A program made the translations under genes and the position numbers. Positions 46,884 to 57,988 of a DNA stretch of 64,000 bases are shown piece after piece (position 1 is the stretch's first letter; each line of letters starts with the position of its first letter). A model generated the notes under the pieces. The model saw only the letters and a program-made list of their open reading frames with translations. It ran no database searches and was not told where the DNA came from. Location of the stretch: NCBI GenBank assembly GCA_964539135.1, contig CAZIFG010000004.1, positions 43,250 to 107,249 on the forward strand, read 5' to 3'. This DNA is from an uncultured Rickettsiales bacterium. GTDB lineage: Bacteria; Margulisbacteria; Marinamargulisbacteria; GCA-2716485; CAZIFG01.

Positions 46884-48122
46884 TTAGCCTGGTTTTTTAA
46901 CAATAAGAACAGCATTATGCCCACCAAATCCAAAGGAGTTAGACATGGCATAAGAAATAGACTTAGAAACGGCCTTATTCGGCGTATAATTTAAGTCGCA
47001 ATCCACATCTGGTACTTCTTGATTAATAGTAGGAGGAACAATACCATTTTCGATGGCCTTAACGGAGGCAATAAGTTCGATAGCGCCAGCAGCACCTAAA
47101 AGATGGCCAGTCATAGACTTAGTCGAACTCACAGAAACAGTGTAAGCATGCGCTCCAAAAACGCTTTTAATGGCTGCCGTTTCATTTTTATCATTCAATT
47201 TGGTAGAGGTACCATGTGCATTGATATAATCAATAGATTCTGGGCCAATACCTGCCTGACGCAGTGCCATTTTCATCGCACGTGCCGCACCTTCTCCTTC
47301 AGGAGCCGGGGCGGTAATGTGATAGGCATCCCCACTTGCGCCAAAACCAACAACTTCAGCATAAATAGTAGCGCCTCGCTTTTTAGCGTGTTCAAACTCT
47401 TCTAGGACAACAACGCCAGAACCATCCGCCATCACAAACCCACTCCGATTCCCATCAAAGGGGCGAGAGGCAGTGGTAGGGGAGTCATTTTCACCACATA
47501 AAGACCGTGCTGCACAAAAACTGGCCAAACCCAGAGGTGTAATGGCAGATTCCGCACCGCCGGCAATCATGGCAACAGCATCCCCGCGTTTGATACACAT
47601 ATAGGCATTGCCAATACTGTTCGCAGAAGAGGAGCAGGCGGTGACCGAACAAGAGTTAGGTCCTTTAGCGCCTAACATCATGGACACCATCCCTGATGCC
47701 ATATCTGCAATCATCATAGGAACAGTAAAAGGACTGATTTTACTAGGCCCCTTTTCTTTTAAGACAACGGCCATTTCTTCAAGGATTTCAATGCCACCAA
47801 TACCAGATCCAATCTCAACGCCAATGGAATCAGCTTCAGCGGCGATATTAAGCCCTGAATGCTTAACAGCCTCTGTAGCCGCCGCAATGGCGTATAGAAT
47901 AAATTTACTGGTTCGTCTGGCTTCTTTTTTATCGACGTAAAGGCAAGGGTCAAAGTCTTTAATCTGCCCCCCAATACGGGTCGGGTAATCGGAGGTATCA
48001 AACCCTTCAAGATAGGCAATACCAGAATCTCCTTTAACAAGGCGATCCCAATAAGTATTAACATTATTTGCGAGGGGGTTAATAGTTCCCATTCCTGTGA
48101 TAACGACACGTAAGTTGGACAT
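46884..48122 (-). CDS. fabF: 3-oxoacyl-ACP synthase II
   Basis: Active-site region SVTACSSS, plus the HGTST and GHLLGAAG motifs. Confidence 0.93.
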   Translation of the reverse strand: MSNLRVVITGMGTINPLANNVNTYWDRLVKGDSGIAYLEGFDTSDYPTRIGGQIKDFDPCLYVDKKEARRTSKFILYAIAAATEAVKHSGLNIAAEADSIGVEIGSGIGGIEILEEMAVVLKEKGPSKISPFTVPMMIADMASGMVSMMLGAKGPNSCSVTACSSSANSIGNAYMCIKRGDAVAMIAGGAESAITPLGLASFCAARSLCGENDSPTTASRPFDGNRSGFVMADGSGVVVLEEFEHAKKRGATIYAEVVGFGASGDAYHITAPAPEGEGAARAMKMALRQAGIGPESIDYINAHGTSTKLNDKNETAAIKSVFGAHAYTVSVSSTKSMTGHLLGAAGAIELIASVKAIENGIVPPTINQEVPDVDCDLNYTPNKAVSKSISYAMSNSFGFGGHNAVLIVKKPG

Positions 48123-48150
48123 GATTGAATCCTTTCTATTTAACAGTTTT

Positions 48151-48402
48151 TTAAGCGTTTACTTTACTCAAAATATAATCGACTGTTTTTTGAACAGTGG
48201 TTAATTTTTCAGCTTCTTCATCGGCAATTTCAGTTGAAAACTCTTCTTCTAAAGCCATAACAAGCTCTACAGTATCCAAAGAATCCGCGCCCAAATCATC
48301 GGTAAAAGATGCGGTCATAGACACTTCATCTTCTGATACGCCCAATTGTTCTACAATGACGGATCTGACCTTTTGATATACTTCTTGTTCTGTTAATGAC
48401 AT
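48151..48402 (-). CDS. acpP: Acyl carrier protein
   Basis: [20 protein letters not shown] phosphopantetheine attachment site. Confidence 0.95.
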   Translation of the reverse strand: MSLTEQEVYQKVRSVIVEQLGVSEDEVSMTASFTDDLGADSLDTVELVMALEEEFSTEIADEEAEKLTTVQKTVDYILSKVNA

Positions 48403-48453
48403 ATAATGCCTCCTTTAAATTAAGTTGATAACCCATCAACCTTGCTTATAATA

Positions 48454-49200
48454 TTACATCTGCAACCCGCCATCAACCGCAAGAACTTGTCCGGTGATGT
48501 AATTCGAGTGGTCAGAGGCCAAAAAAACAACCAAATCAGCCACATCATTTGCTTTTCCGAGTCGTTTTAATGGAACGCTGTCTATTATAGACGCCAAATA
48601 TTCTTCAGGTAAAGACTGAATCATATCTGTTTCAATAAAACCGGGCGCAATTACGTTACAAGTAATGCCTTTACTGCCAATTTCTTTGGCAATGGATTTC
48701 GAAAATCCAATCATTCCGGCTTTAGAGGCGGCATAGTTGGCTTGGCCGGGGTTGCCAATAATACCCACAACAGACGAGATATTAATAATCTTTCCGGCCT
48801 TCTTTTTAAGCATAGGACGCATGACGGCTTTTGTCGTATAAAAAACAGAATCCAAATTGGTTCGTAAAACAGCATCCCAATCGGATTCACTCATGCGTAG
48901 TAAGAGGGTATCTTTGGTAATGCCAGCATTATTGACCAAAATATCGATAGCGCCAAACTGCTCCAGTGTTTTGGAGACAAGCGCTTGAACACTTTCAGAA
49001 TTTGAAACATCGGCTTGAAGACCCAGACAGGGGCTGCCAAATTGCTCAGAAAGAAGGCTTGCAACTCTATCGCAGGCTTCTTGTGTAGTAGCGCTAAGAA
49101 CGACAGTAGCACCTGCTGCGGCAAGGGCTGTAGAAATGGCAAGTCCAATCCCCCGTGTTCCGCCTGTAACAAGCGCTATTTTTCCTGATAATGAAATCAT
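48454..49200 (-). CDS. fabG: 3-oxoacyl-ACP reductase
   Basis: SDR motifs VTGGTRGIG, NNAG and YAASKAG. Confidence 0.93.
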   Translation of the reverse strand: MISLSGKIALVTGGTRGIGLAISTALAAAGATVVLSATTQEACDRVASLLSEQFGSPCLGLQADVSNSESVQALVSKTLEQFGAIDILVNNAGITKDTLLLRMSESDWDAVLRTNLDSVFYTTKAVMRPMLKKKAGKIINISSVVGIIGNPGQANYAASKAGMIGFSKSIAKEIGSKGITCNVIAPGFIETDMIQSLPEEYLASIIDSVPLKRLGKANDVADLVVFLASDHSNYITGQVLAVDGGLQM

Positions 49201-49215
49201 TGTTTTCCTCCTAAT

Positions 49216-50142
49216 CTATTGATGAATAGCCTGAAGTGTTTCTTTTGCAGATTCAAGCGAACTCACGTTGTAACAGGGTTGGGTCAATCCCATTTTTTTA
49301 TAAAGACCACTTAAGACACGTCCCGGGCCGCATTCAATAAAACAATCCACGTGTTGAGATAAAAACTGAAGGGTTTCTATCCATCGGACAGGTGAAATGA
49401 CTTGCTCGGAAATATTGTGTTTTAAAATAGCTGCATTGGATTCTGAGGAAGCGGTTCGATTTAATACGATAGGGGAACTCGCATCCTGAAATGAAAGGGG
49501 GGCGGTTGCCTCAGATAAAGCAAGCGATGCAGACTGCATCAATGGTGAATGAAAGGCCCCACTAACTGGCAAAGGAATGACTTTACCACCAGCAGATTTC
49601 AAGGCTTCATAAGCAGGTTGCAGACCCGATTGATCTCCTGAAATGACAATTTGGCCAGGACAGTTCAAATTGGCAATGACAACGGGAGCCGACTTAAAAG
49701 GTTCAATGGCGGCTGAAATTTGCTCAGGGGATAATCCCATAATCGCGGCCATTCCAGACTTTTCGCTAGGATAAGAAGCGGCCATGGCGGCGCCTCGTTT
49801 TGAAATTAAAGAAAGAGTGGTTTCAAAATCAAGAACCCCGGCCGCATAATAAGCGGTTAATTCTCCTAAACTATGACCGGCAACATAATCAGGTTGAAGA
49901 CCTTCTTTTTTAAGATATTCAAAAAGGCAGGCCGAAACAGCGAAAATACCAGGTTGGGCATTTTCGGTTTGGGTGAGTACCTCTTGAGGGCCTTCGAAAC
50001 ATAGAGTAGATAATGCCTTCCCTGTGAGTGCATCACAGCGATCTAGCATGATTTTAGAGTCAGAATCCTCTGTATAAAGGTCCAGGCCCATTCCTACTTT
50101 TTGAGACCCTTGACCCGGAAAAAGAAAGGCAATTTTTGTCAT
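49216..50142 (-). CDS. fabD: Malonyl-CoA-ACP transacylase
   Basis: FPGQGSQ and GHSLGE motifs. I chose the start at 50142 because it forms an ATGA overlap with the fabH stop and GGAG lies 7 nt upstream. The track start is 50154. Confidence 0.92.
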   Translation of the reverse strand: MTKIAFLFPGQGSQKVGMGLDLYTEDSDSKIMLDRCDALTGKALSTLCFEGPQEVLTQTENAQPGIFAVSACLFEYLKKEGLQPDYVAGHSLGELTAYYAAGVLDFETTLSLISKRGAAMAASYPSEKSGMAAIMGLSPEQISAAIEPFKSAPVVIANLNCPGQIVISGDQSGLQPAYEALKSAGGKVIPLPVSGAFHSPLMQSASLALSEATAPLSFQDASSPIVLNRTASSESNAAILKHNISEQVISPVRWIETLQFLSQHVDCFIECGPGRVLSGLYKKMGLTQPCYNVSSLESAKETLQAIHQ

Positions 50143-51092
50143 TTTAAACTCCATTTAATTAAATTTGCGCCCCAAGTAAAGCCCGCGCCAAAACCGACAA
50201 GAACCAAAATATCATGTTGCTGGAGTTTTCCAGATTCATAGGCTTCTGTCAGCATAATAGGAATAGAGGCAGCAGATGTATTGCCGCAGCGGTCCAGATT
50301 GGTCAGTACCTGAGCTGGATCCAGCTCAAGCTGCTCATGAATATAGTTAATAATTCTGAGATTGGCCTGATGTGGGATGATATAGCGAATATCCTTGGGG
50401 GTTAGATTGGCCTGACTCAAAAGAGATAAAATAGCAGGGGTAATGCGCTTAACGGCTGATTTAAAAACCGCAGGCCCATTCATTTTAATGTGACCTTCTT
50501 CAATTTTAAGGATTTGGGCATCGCTACCATCTGAAAAAAGGGCAGATGACAGAATGCCGGCGCCGTCGGAGACAGCACCTAAAATAACAGCACCAGCACC
50601 ATCCCCAAACAAGATACAGGTACCACGATCCGTCCAATCCACAACGGTACTTAAGCTATCAGCGCCAATCACCAGGGCTGTTTTTGAAAACCCCGTGAGC
50701 AAATGTTGATGGGCAATATTAAGCGCGTAATTAAATCCAGTACAGGCCGCCGAAACATCAAAAGCCGGAACCTGTCGTGCCCCAAGCGCCTCCTGAACCA
50801 AGCAGGCAACGGAGGGAAAACCGCCATAATCAGGGGTAGATGTAGCAACAATAATAAGGTCAATGTCCAAAGCTGAAAGGCCAGATCGTTCTAAGGCGAC
50901 GCGAGCGGCGCGTGTGGCAAGGGTAGATGTAGACTCCCCCTCTGAAATAATACGCCGACTTCGAATGCCTGTGCGCTCTACAATCCAGGCGTCAGAGGTA
51001 TCAATCCCCCGTGACACAAGGTCATGGTTTGTAATTTCGGTATGAGGAAGAGCCGAACCGCATCCTAAAATGCCATAAGAAGTGGCGTTCAT
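50139..51092 (-). CDS. fabH: 3-oxoacyl-ACP synthase III
   Basis: AACTGF active-site Cys, HQAN and GFGAGFTWG motifs. Confidence 0.92.
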   Translation of the reverse strand: MNATSYGILGCGSALPHTEITNHDLVSRGIDTSDAWIVERTGIRSRRIISEGESTSTLATRAARVALERSGLSALDIDLIIVATSTPDYGGFPSVACLVQEALGARQVPAFDVSAACTGFNYALNIAHQHLLTGFSKTALVIGADSLSTVVDWTDRGTCILFGDGAGAVILGAVSDGAGILSSALFSDGSDAQILKIEEGHIKMNGPAVFKSAVKRITPAILSLLSQANLTPKDIRYIIPHQANLRIINYIHEQLELDPAQVLTNLDRCGNTSAASIPIMLTEAYESGKLQQHDILVLVGFGAGFTWGANLIKWSLK

Positions 51093-52156
51093 GATACGGA
51101 CTCAGAAGGAGGGGGTTCAGCCGTATTATCATGATCGGCATTATGCGTAAAGGCATCATATTCGGCGTCGATAGCAGTCTGTATTTTACCCACTATGTTT
51201 TGTTCAACGCCTACAATGGCAATGCGAATGGCATTTTGAATCGCAAGAGGGCCAGCACTACCATGCGCGACAACACTCATACCATTTAAACCTAACAGGT
51301 AGCCACCGCCATGTTCATCGGGATCAAATTTCTTTTTAAAGCGTTTAAAGGCAGGACGAAGAAAAAGAAGACCTAAAAGGGATAATAAAGAGCCACTTTT
51401 GGCTTCTTTCTTAAAGAAATTAACAAAAAGACGAGAAATGCCCTCTCCAAATTTAAGAATATTATTACCCACAAAGCCATCACAAACCACAACATCGGCA
51501 TCTCCATTTGTAATTTCACGGCCTTCAATATATCCAATAAAATTCAAATTCAAGCTCTCTAAAAGCGGAAATGTTTCCTGAGTGAGTTGATTGCCCTTGT
51601 CTTTTTCCTCTCCAATATTCAGAAGACCCACACGTGGGGTGTTAACACCCAAAATAGCTTTAGAAAAGTGATTCCCCATAATGGCAAACTGAACCAAGTG
51701 ACGGGGTTTACAATCCACACTGGAACCCATATCGAGCATGACAAAGGGATTTTGAGCAGAAGGGAGAATACAGGCAAGACCCGGTCTTTCAACATGCGTA
51801 AGTCGACCCAGGGTAAATAAAGAGGTGGTCATAACAGCACCTGTATTTCCAGCAGAAACAAAGGCATCTGCTTCTTTAGAATTCACAAGTTCAAGACCCA
51901 CACGAAGGGAAGAGTCTTTTTTCTTACGATAAGATTGAGAAGGCGACTCCGCCATTCCCACAACTTCTGTCGCATGTTTAATGCACAGACGGGGAGAAAG
52001 CGAGGCCCCATTAAGTTTAAGTTGGTCTAAAATAATAGACTCAGGACCAACCAAAGTGACTTTAACATCAAACATGGAAATCGCTAATAGGGCCCCTTTC
52101 ACTGTTGCTTCTGGAGCAAAGTCCCCACCCATAGCGTCTAAGACGATATGGATCAA
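51089..52156 (-). CDS. plsX: Phosphate acyltransferase PlsX
   Basis: DAMGGDFAP N-terminal motif. Position between rpmF and fabH. Confidence 0.92.
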   Translation of the reverse strand: MIHIVLDAMGGDFAPEATVKGALLAISMFDVKVTLVGPESIILDQLKLNGASLSPRLCIKHATEVVGMAESPSQSYRKKKDSSLRVGLELVNSKEADAFVSAGNTGAVMTTSLFTLGRLTHVERPGLACILPSAQNPFVMLDMGSSVDCKPRHLVQFAIMGNHFSKAILGVNTPRVGLLNIGEEKDKGNQLTQETFPLLESLNLNFIGYIEGREITNGDADVVVCDGFVGNNILKFGEGISRLFVNFFKKEAKSGSLLSLLGLLFLRPAFKRFKKKFDPDEHGGGYLLGLNGMSVVAHGSAGPLAIQNAIRIAIVGVEQNIVGKIQTAIDAEYDAFTHNADHDNTAEPPPSESVS

Positions 52157-52157
52157 T

Positions 52158-52361
52158 TTACACTTCCTCTTTTTGAGTTTCCTTTGTTTTTACTTTAAGA
52201 ACAGCTTTTCCTTTGTAAGTCCCACATTCTGGGCAGGCATTATGCATCAGAATTTGAGCTGCACAATGAGGGCAGGCTGTTAAATTGGGAAGTTCCGCTT
52301 TCCAACACGCACGCTTAATTCTTTTTTTAGATTTAGATCGTTTTTTCTTTGGTACTGGCAT
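52158..52361 (-). CDS. rpmF: 50S ribosomal protein L32
   Basis: MPVPKKKRSKSKKR N-terminus and a CPHC...CPEC zinc ribbon. Confidence 0.9.
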   Translation of the reverse strand: MPVPKKKRSKSKKRIKRACWKAELPNLTACPHCAAQILMHNACPECGTYKGKAVLKVKTKETQKEEV

Positions 52362-52422
52362 TGCATTAATTCCTTAATGTTAGTGTTATTAAATATGAGT
52401 TCATACCTAATACGAATGGATA

Positions 52423-52451
52423 ATACTATAAAAGTATTAAGATCTTGTCAA
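52423..52451 (-). promoter_or_regulatory. Candidate promoter of the rpmF-plsX-fab operon (TTGACA-17-TAGTAT)
   Basis: On the minus strand, TTGACA at 52451-52446, a 17-nt spacer, then TAGTAT at 52428-52423. This is about 60 nt upstream of the rpmF ATG. Confidence 0.4.
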
Positions 52452-52453
52452 TA

Positions 52454-53731
52454 TTAAGGACGGTCTTCAAAATCCTGATTAGAGAGTAGGGACAATACTT
52501 TTTGAGCTTTAACTTTGTGAATGGTTGCCACAATTTTAATGGTTTCGCCATAGTCTACAGATAAAACATGTCCATGGGTATGTAATAAGTTAAAAATATC
52601 CATACGATTGTAAGGGATAAAAAAGGTTTCAGTCAGTTTAAAGGGGGCAAGTAGACTATCCACTGCGGTTAAAAAAGGAAGCAGATTTGTATCATTTAAG
52701 GCTGAAAAAGTCAGTTGGGGTTGATAATGCTCCAGTTCTTTTAAGCGAGTATTGGGTTTGGCAACCAGGTCCCATTTATTAAACAGATACAGTTGCGGTT
52801 TTGTATCCGCATGAAGGGTGTGAATGAGATCTAAAGAGGTTTGAATAACTCCATCCAGATAAGGATGGGAGGTATCAATGACATGGATTAAAAAGTCGGC
52901 CTGACTCACTTCTTCAAGGGTAGAGTGGAAGGAATCTACCAGATGATGGGGTAATTTTTGAATAAATCCCACCGTGTCAGAGATGAGCACACATTCATTG
53001 CTAGGCAGCATGAGTTGTCGGGTTGTGGGGTCCAGTGTGGCAAAGAGTTTATCTTCTGCAAGCACTTTGGCATCTGTCAGTCTATTCATTAATGTAGATT
53101 TTCCCGAATTGGTATAGCCAATAATAGCACCACTAAGAGGCGGAAATTTATCCCGACTGGCGTGACGAAGTTGCCGTTGTTCTCTAACTTTATGAAGCTT
53201 TTCTTTTAAATGCGTAAGGCGTTTTCGAATTTGACGTTTATCCACCTCAAGTTGGGTTTCACCGGGCCCCCTAGCGCCAACACCACTACCTTGGCGAGAT
53301 AAATGAGTCCAGAGTCGAGTGAGTCGGGGGAGGAGATAGGTAAGCTGGGCCTGTTCAACTTGGAGTTGGGCTTCATAGGTTTTGGCACGACTGGCAAAAA
53401 TATCTAAAATTAAACTGGTGCGATCAATAACTTGAATTTGAAGTAATTTTTCCATGCATTTTTGTTGGTTAGGGGAGAGTTCATCATCACAAATGACAAG
53501 GGTAATGCCGTTTTCGGTGCAGAGTGTTTTAAGTTCAAGAAGTTTGCCTTCTCCTAAATAATATTTAGGATGAGCATAGGGGCGTGCTTGTTGAATGCGA
53601 TCTACAACATCCAGCCCTGCAGTTTTAGCCAATTCGCTGAGTTCTTGAAGCGAATCTTCAGCGGACCAAATGCCTTCTTTTTCCTGGAGTCGAATACCAA
53701 TAACAACAGATTTTGTGCGTTCTATAGACAT
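52454..53731 (-). CDS. hflX: GTPase HflX
   Basis: HflX N-terminal domain, G1 motif GYTNSGKST, and DTVGF. Confidence 0.9.
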   Translation of the reverse strand: MSIERTKSVVIGIRLQEKEGIWSAEDSLQELSELAKTAGLDVVDRIQQARPYAHPKYYLGEGKLLELKTLCTENGITLVICDDELSPNQQKCMEKLLQIQVIDRTSLILDIFASRAKTYEAQLQVEQAQLTYLLPRLTRLWTHLSRQGSGVGARGPGETQLEVDKRQIRKRLTHLKEKLHKVREQRQLRHASRDKFPPLSGAIIGYTNSGKSTLMNRLTDAKVLAEDKLFATLDPTTRQLMLPSNECVLISDTVGFIQKLPHHLVDSFHSTLEEVSQADFLIHVIDTSHPYLDGVIQTSLDLIHTLHADTKPQLYLFNKWDLVAKPNTRLKELEHYQPQLTFSALNDTNLLPFLTAVDSLLAPFKLTETFFIPYNRMDIFNLLHTHGHVLSVDYGETIKIVATIHKVKAQKVLSLLSNQDFEDRP

Positions 53732-54765
53732 TAAATAGAATTGAAAAGTTGAAGCGCAACAGGATCTTGAGGGTTTTTTTCAAGAATAGACGTGAGAATG
53801 CGCTTAGCCTGATCTTTTTGACCTGATTTAATGAGGCTATCCAAATAATAACTCAAGATATCCTGTTGTCCATCAAAATGAGAGAGTAAATTCTCATAGG
53901 TTTTGGCAGCCAATGCATAGTCGTGATTTTTGTAGTAAAGACCCGCAAGGGCTTTCACTAAGGTTCCATCTGTAGGTGTAAATTCACTGGCGCGTTGAAC
54001 GGCCTGAATAGAAAGGGTCACCTGGCCGGTAGATTCATAAAGGCGTGCCAGTCCCAACTCTAATTTTTGAAGTTCAAAGGGGTTGACACCGAGATATTTT
54101 ATATTGGGAGAGGTATTGTCAAATTCGCCTTGCTTTAAAATTTGAATAGCATCTTGGATCTTATTTTGGCGCTGATAAATATCGGCCATATTGTAATACA
54201 CATCAATCATGCGGGGATCATAACTAATGGCAGTCTTATAATAATTTAAAGCCTCATCAAATTTACCGGTTTGATGCAAGTGTAGCGCATAATTAGACTG
54301 AAACAGAGGATTAAAACGATCTTTGATGGCAGCATTTTTAACATGCTGTTCCACAAGAGGTCCATATTGGGCATTATGCTGAGGACTCAGTGCCGCAATG
54401 AGTCGATAAACAACGGCCAAGCGGTTTTCATACCAAGGAGAGAGCCGATCGAGGACAATCATATGCTTATAAAGCGCAACGCACTTATTATAGTAAACCA
54501 TTTTAGCGGGAATCGTGGTTTCAAGCTGCGCTTGAGCTTCATAAGCAGTTCCCAGCTGAACCATATATTGGGTTTCCCAGGGCGCATAAACAATGGACTT
54601 TTCAAGGTCTTCAATTGCAAATTGGTTGCGCCGCGTAGATTGAAAGAAAAAACCATCTCGATAATAGCGTTCTGCCAAAAAAGGTTTATAACTTTCCCAT
54701 AGCGCATAAAGGGAAAGAAGAATAAGGACTGTAATATAGATAGTAGATCGTTGCGAGAGTTTCAT
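53731..54765 (-). CDS. TPR repeat protein with an N-terminal membrane anchor
   Basis: Multiple 34-aa TPR-like repeats (A..yY..a..ydP....yyN.A..Y). It directly follows the O-antigen-ligase-like gene. Confidence 0.7.
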   Translation of the reverse strand: MKLSQRSTIYITVLILLSLYALWESYKPFLAERYYRDGFFFQSTRRNQFAIEDLEKSIVYAPWETQYMVQLGTAYEAQAQLETTIPAKMVYYNKCVALYKHMIVLDRLSPWYENRLAVVYRLIAALSPQHNAQYGPLVEQHVKNAAIKDRFNPLFQSNYALHLHQTGKFDEALNYYKTAISYDPRMIDVYYNMADIYQRQNKIQDAIQILKQGEFDNTSPNIKYLGVNPFELQKLELGLARLYESTGQVTLSIQAVQRASEFTPTDGTLVKALAGLYYKNHDYALAAKTYENLLSHFDGQQDILSYYLDSLIKSGQKDQAKRILTSILEKNPQDPVALQLFNSI

Positions 54766-54767
54766 GA

Positions 54768-57227
54768 TTATTTACCCTCCGGTAGGGTGTGAAAGTCTTC
54801 ACTGTTGACAATGGCCAAGCTCATTCCCATTAAAAAATAAAAAATAACGGCCGTTGCGACAACGCTAAAGTTGAACATAAGCTGCGCCAATTGAATAAAA
54901 CATCCAGAAATACAGGCCATAGAAAAAAGCATATAAGGAGAGTGTCTATAGGTATATATTTTTTTAAGTGTGATATAAAGCCATGTGAACAAGAGATAGA
55001 CATAGAAAATAAGAAACCCAATAACCCCACGTGTTGCAAGTGTATTCAAATATTCATTATGAAGACGATCCGGGGTTAAATGATGGCCCCCCTCTAAAAT
55101 ACCATAAATGGGTTCGCGATAAAGCGGGTAGATGAATTTGATGGTATCCTGTCCGGAGCCAAAAAAGATATAGTCTTTAATCCAAGGAATAGAGGTACGC
55201 CACATCGAAAGACGCGCGTTGTTTTCCATATTATTACCAGCGCTTTCAATATCATAAGCCCCTGTTTTTTGTTTGATGTTCTGAGCAACACGCAGCGCAT
55301 CCGCATCCACAGAATCAACAGCAGATGCAGACTGTGTGCTCAGAAAAAGAGAGGTGATGATAATGAAAACAAACGCCAAGATCCCAGATCCAATGACATA
55401 TTGAACATTGCGACGATGGGCAGAAAACTGAAATTGAATACTAACTGCATAAAAGAGCGTAAAAAGACCAATAATACTCAAAGTAGTCACAATAGAAAGA
55501 GGAGATAAGACATGGGTAATACTGTTTCTGATTTCACCAAAAAACAAGGGGGCTGTGGGGACAACAGCCGTTACCCCTAACATTAAAATGAAGGAAAAAG
55601 ACCAGATATCAAAGCGGTCTTGAAAACTCTGTCTCGCAAACAGAACCAGTAAAATCATCAAAGAAAAATAAATTAAGGAGTCTTGAGCCGAAACACTGGC
55701 AAATTGAACAAGGCTGAACCCGACAACCAAAGCAAGTCGGATAAAAATAGGAACTGCAGATTGAAATCGATACAGCAATAAAGCCATGATGCCAATCACG
55801 CAAAGTTTAGAAATAAGAACAAAAGAGGCGGGTAAAAAGGCGGGGATACCAAATAAGAGAAGTCCAAAAAGAGCGATAATAAAAGAACTACTGATAAAGC
55901 GTGGAAGTAGAGACTGTCCATGATCCTGGCCATGATGAAAAAAAATCCAAGAAAGGCAGAGGACCAATAAGGTGGAAAAAGTAGCCACTCCCATAAAAAA
56001 AGATTCCTGGTGAATTCTAAATGAAAAAGCAAGAATAAAAACGCCCGTAACCATGAGGGTCAAAATGGCATCTAAGATAAACTGCTTAAAGCTTTTGGTA
56101 TTAAATAAATCTAAAAGATAAAAATATAAGACGGGCATGCCGATACCAAAACCAACAAAAGTTGCCCGTGAAAAGCTAGCAAGCTGAGCATAAAAAATAG
56201 TTAAAGAGCCAATAAATAAGGCTCTTATGAGGACAGAACGCCAGGAAGGAAGTGCGGAGAAAATAAAAAAGAAAAGCATGCTTGTGGCCAGAAGTGCCCA
56301 TTGGAGGCGGTCAAAACTGACCATATCAAAGGTTAAAATCAAAAAAAGAAAGGCAGAGAAACAAATAAACGGAAGTTTTTGTTTAAAAGAAGAAAGTTGA
56401 GTCTGAACCATAGGTAACCATCCGGTAAGCCAAGAGAGAATCAAGATAACTAGGGCTTGTAGAAAAGAGGGCGTGAAAAAATCATCAAAGGCAAAAGAAC
56501 CAACAAGAAGAATACTGCAAGCCAGAAGCCCCATATATAAAAAACGATGTTGAGAGGTAAGAAGAGGGGTGTGCTTTTGAGGCAAACGATTCAAATAAAA
56601 AAGCAGAGAAATGCTAATAGGTAAAGACATGGCCATATAGGCGCAATAGTGAACGGGGTTATTGATACAGGCGAAGACACGAGCTGTGGCGTCTACGCTC
56701 CAATTCATATAGTCAAAGCCTAAACTTTGAAAAACACCATAAATAGAGGAAAAGAAGGTGGCCACAAGCGTAGCGCCAATAATCCAGAAGAATTGTTTTT
56801 TGGTGGTCACGAGTTTGGCAATCATAACCATAATCATGATGTAATTAAAAACGGTAACAATACCTTCCCAACGGTCATAGGATCCAATAAGAGAGAGCCG
56901 CATATCTTCAGAGAGAAAAAAAGTAATCAAATTTGTGATGCACCACAAAATAAGGGGGATTTCGACGCCTATTTTTTTCCATGAGAACCATCGGTTCGTA
57001 TAAACATCAGGCCCGGTTTCAAGGGCATTATTATCAACTTGAAGACGGTAACGAATAAACCAAGCGACATAGGTAACGAGGATAGAGACCCTCATCACAA
57101 GCATTTTGTTGACTTCAAACACAGACCGGGTATAAGAGGTAAATACCAGGGGAATGCCCATCATCAAGAAAATAAAGCAGAACGTAAAAATGGAATCAAA
57201 TGTAAGCTTATTTTTTAGTGTAAACAT
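54768..57227 (-). CDS. Large polytopic membrane protein, O-antigen ligase/polymerase (Wzy_C) family
   Basis: More than 20 predicted TM helices. The region near the C-terminus, DRLHNEYLNTLATRGVIGFLIF, is typical of the O-antigen ligase domain. Confidence 0.65.
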   Translation of the reverse strand: MFTLKNKLTFDSIFTFCFIFLMMGIPLVFTSYTRSVFEVNKMLVMRVSILVTYVAWFIRYRLQVDNNALETGPDVYTNRWFSWKKIGVEIPLILWCITNLITFFLSEDMRLSLIGSYDRWEGIVTVFNYIMIMVMIAKLVTTKKQFFWIIGATLVATFFSSIYGVFQSLGFDYMNWSVDATARVFACINNPVHYCAYMAMSLPISISLLFYLNRLPQKHTPLLTSQHRFLYMGLLACSILLVGSFAFDDFFTPSFLQALVILILSWLTGWLPMVQTQLSSFKQKLPFICFSAFLFLILTFDMVSFDRLQWALLATSMLFFFIFSALPSWRSVLIRALFIGSLTIFYAQLASFSRATFVGFGIGMPVLYFYLLDLFNTKSFKQFILDAILTLMVTGVFILAFSFRIHQESFFMGVATFSTLLVLCLSWIFFHHGQDHGQSLLPRFISSSFIIALFGLLLFGIPAFLPASFVLISKLCVIGIMALLLYRFQSAVPIFIRLALVVGFSLVQFASVSAQDSLIYFSLMILLVLFARQSFQDRFDIWSFSFILMLGVTAVVPTAPLFFGEIRNSITHVLSPLSIVTTLSIIGLFTLFYAVSIQFQFSAHRRNVQYVIGSGILAFVFIIITSLFLSTQSASAVDSVDADALRVAQNIKQKTGAYDIESAGNNMENNARLSMWRTSIPWIKDYIFFGSGQDTIKFIYPLYREPIYGILEGGHHLTPDRLHNEYLNTLATRGVIGFLIFYVYLLFTWLYITLKKIYTYRHSPYMLFSMACISGCFIQLAQLMFNFSVVATAVIFYFLMGMSLAIVNSEDFHTLPEGK

Positions 57228-57281
57228 AATGAAATTATACTACCATAACAGGAAGTAGAATCAAATCATTTTTTGAATCTG

Positions 57282-57938
57282 CTAATAATAATTTTCACCA
57301 ATTCGAATAACCGGTCTGTTGTTGTCTTTTCGCCATTGATTGGAATCTCTGAGGGAATAAACACAGCCACAATATTCTTGCTGATAAAAATGTTCCCGTT
57401 TAGAAATTTCATACATGCGAGCAGATCCACCATTTTTGCGCCAATTATAGGTCCAATAGGTCAAGGGGGGGTAGTGAGCGGCTGCACGGAGCCCAGATTC
57501 ATTAATTTGGTTCATATCTTTCCATCTGGAAATCCCCAAACTACTGGTGAAGGTTAAGAAACCATGTTCATGAGCATAAAGTGCCGTGCGTTCAAATCGC
57601 ATATCAAAGCAGGCGGTGCAGCGTTCCCCTCTTTCGGGACTCCACTCCAAGCCTTTGGTACGTTCGAACCAGGTATCTGTATCATAATCGGCATCAATAA
57701 AGGGGATATGATGTTGAGCCGCAAAACGCTTATTTTCTTCTTTTCGAAGTTCATATTCCTTAAGAGGATGAATATTGGGGTTATAAAAAAAGATCGTATA
57801 GGGGATAGACGCAGCGGTCATCGATTCCATGAGTTCGCCACTGCAAGGGGCGCAGCAAGAATGCAGTAAGACAGGTGCATTGTCATGAGGTGCGGTGAGT
57901 GTATTGACCTTAGATCTTGATTTTGAATTCATTTTCAT
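57282..57938 (-). CDS. queH: Epoxyqueuosine reductase QueH (DUF208)
   Basis: [11 protein letters not shown] motif, plus conserved Cys residues (CTAC, YCGC) later in the protein. Confidence 0.8.
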   Translation of the reverse strand: MKMNSKSRSKVNTLTAPHDNAPVLLHSCCAPCSGELMESMTAASIPYTIFFYNPNIHPLKEYELRKEENKRFAAQHHIPFIDADYDTDTWFERTKGLEWSPERGERCTACFDMRFERTALYAHEHGFLTFTSSLGISRWKDMNQINESGLRAAAHYPPLTYWTYNWRKNGGSARMYEISKREHFYQQEYCGCVYSLRDSNQWRKDNNRPVIRIGENYY

Positions 57939-57988
57939 GCATACAGTGTATCTAAAGAACGGGAGATTCTACAAGAGGTAAGGGTATC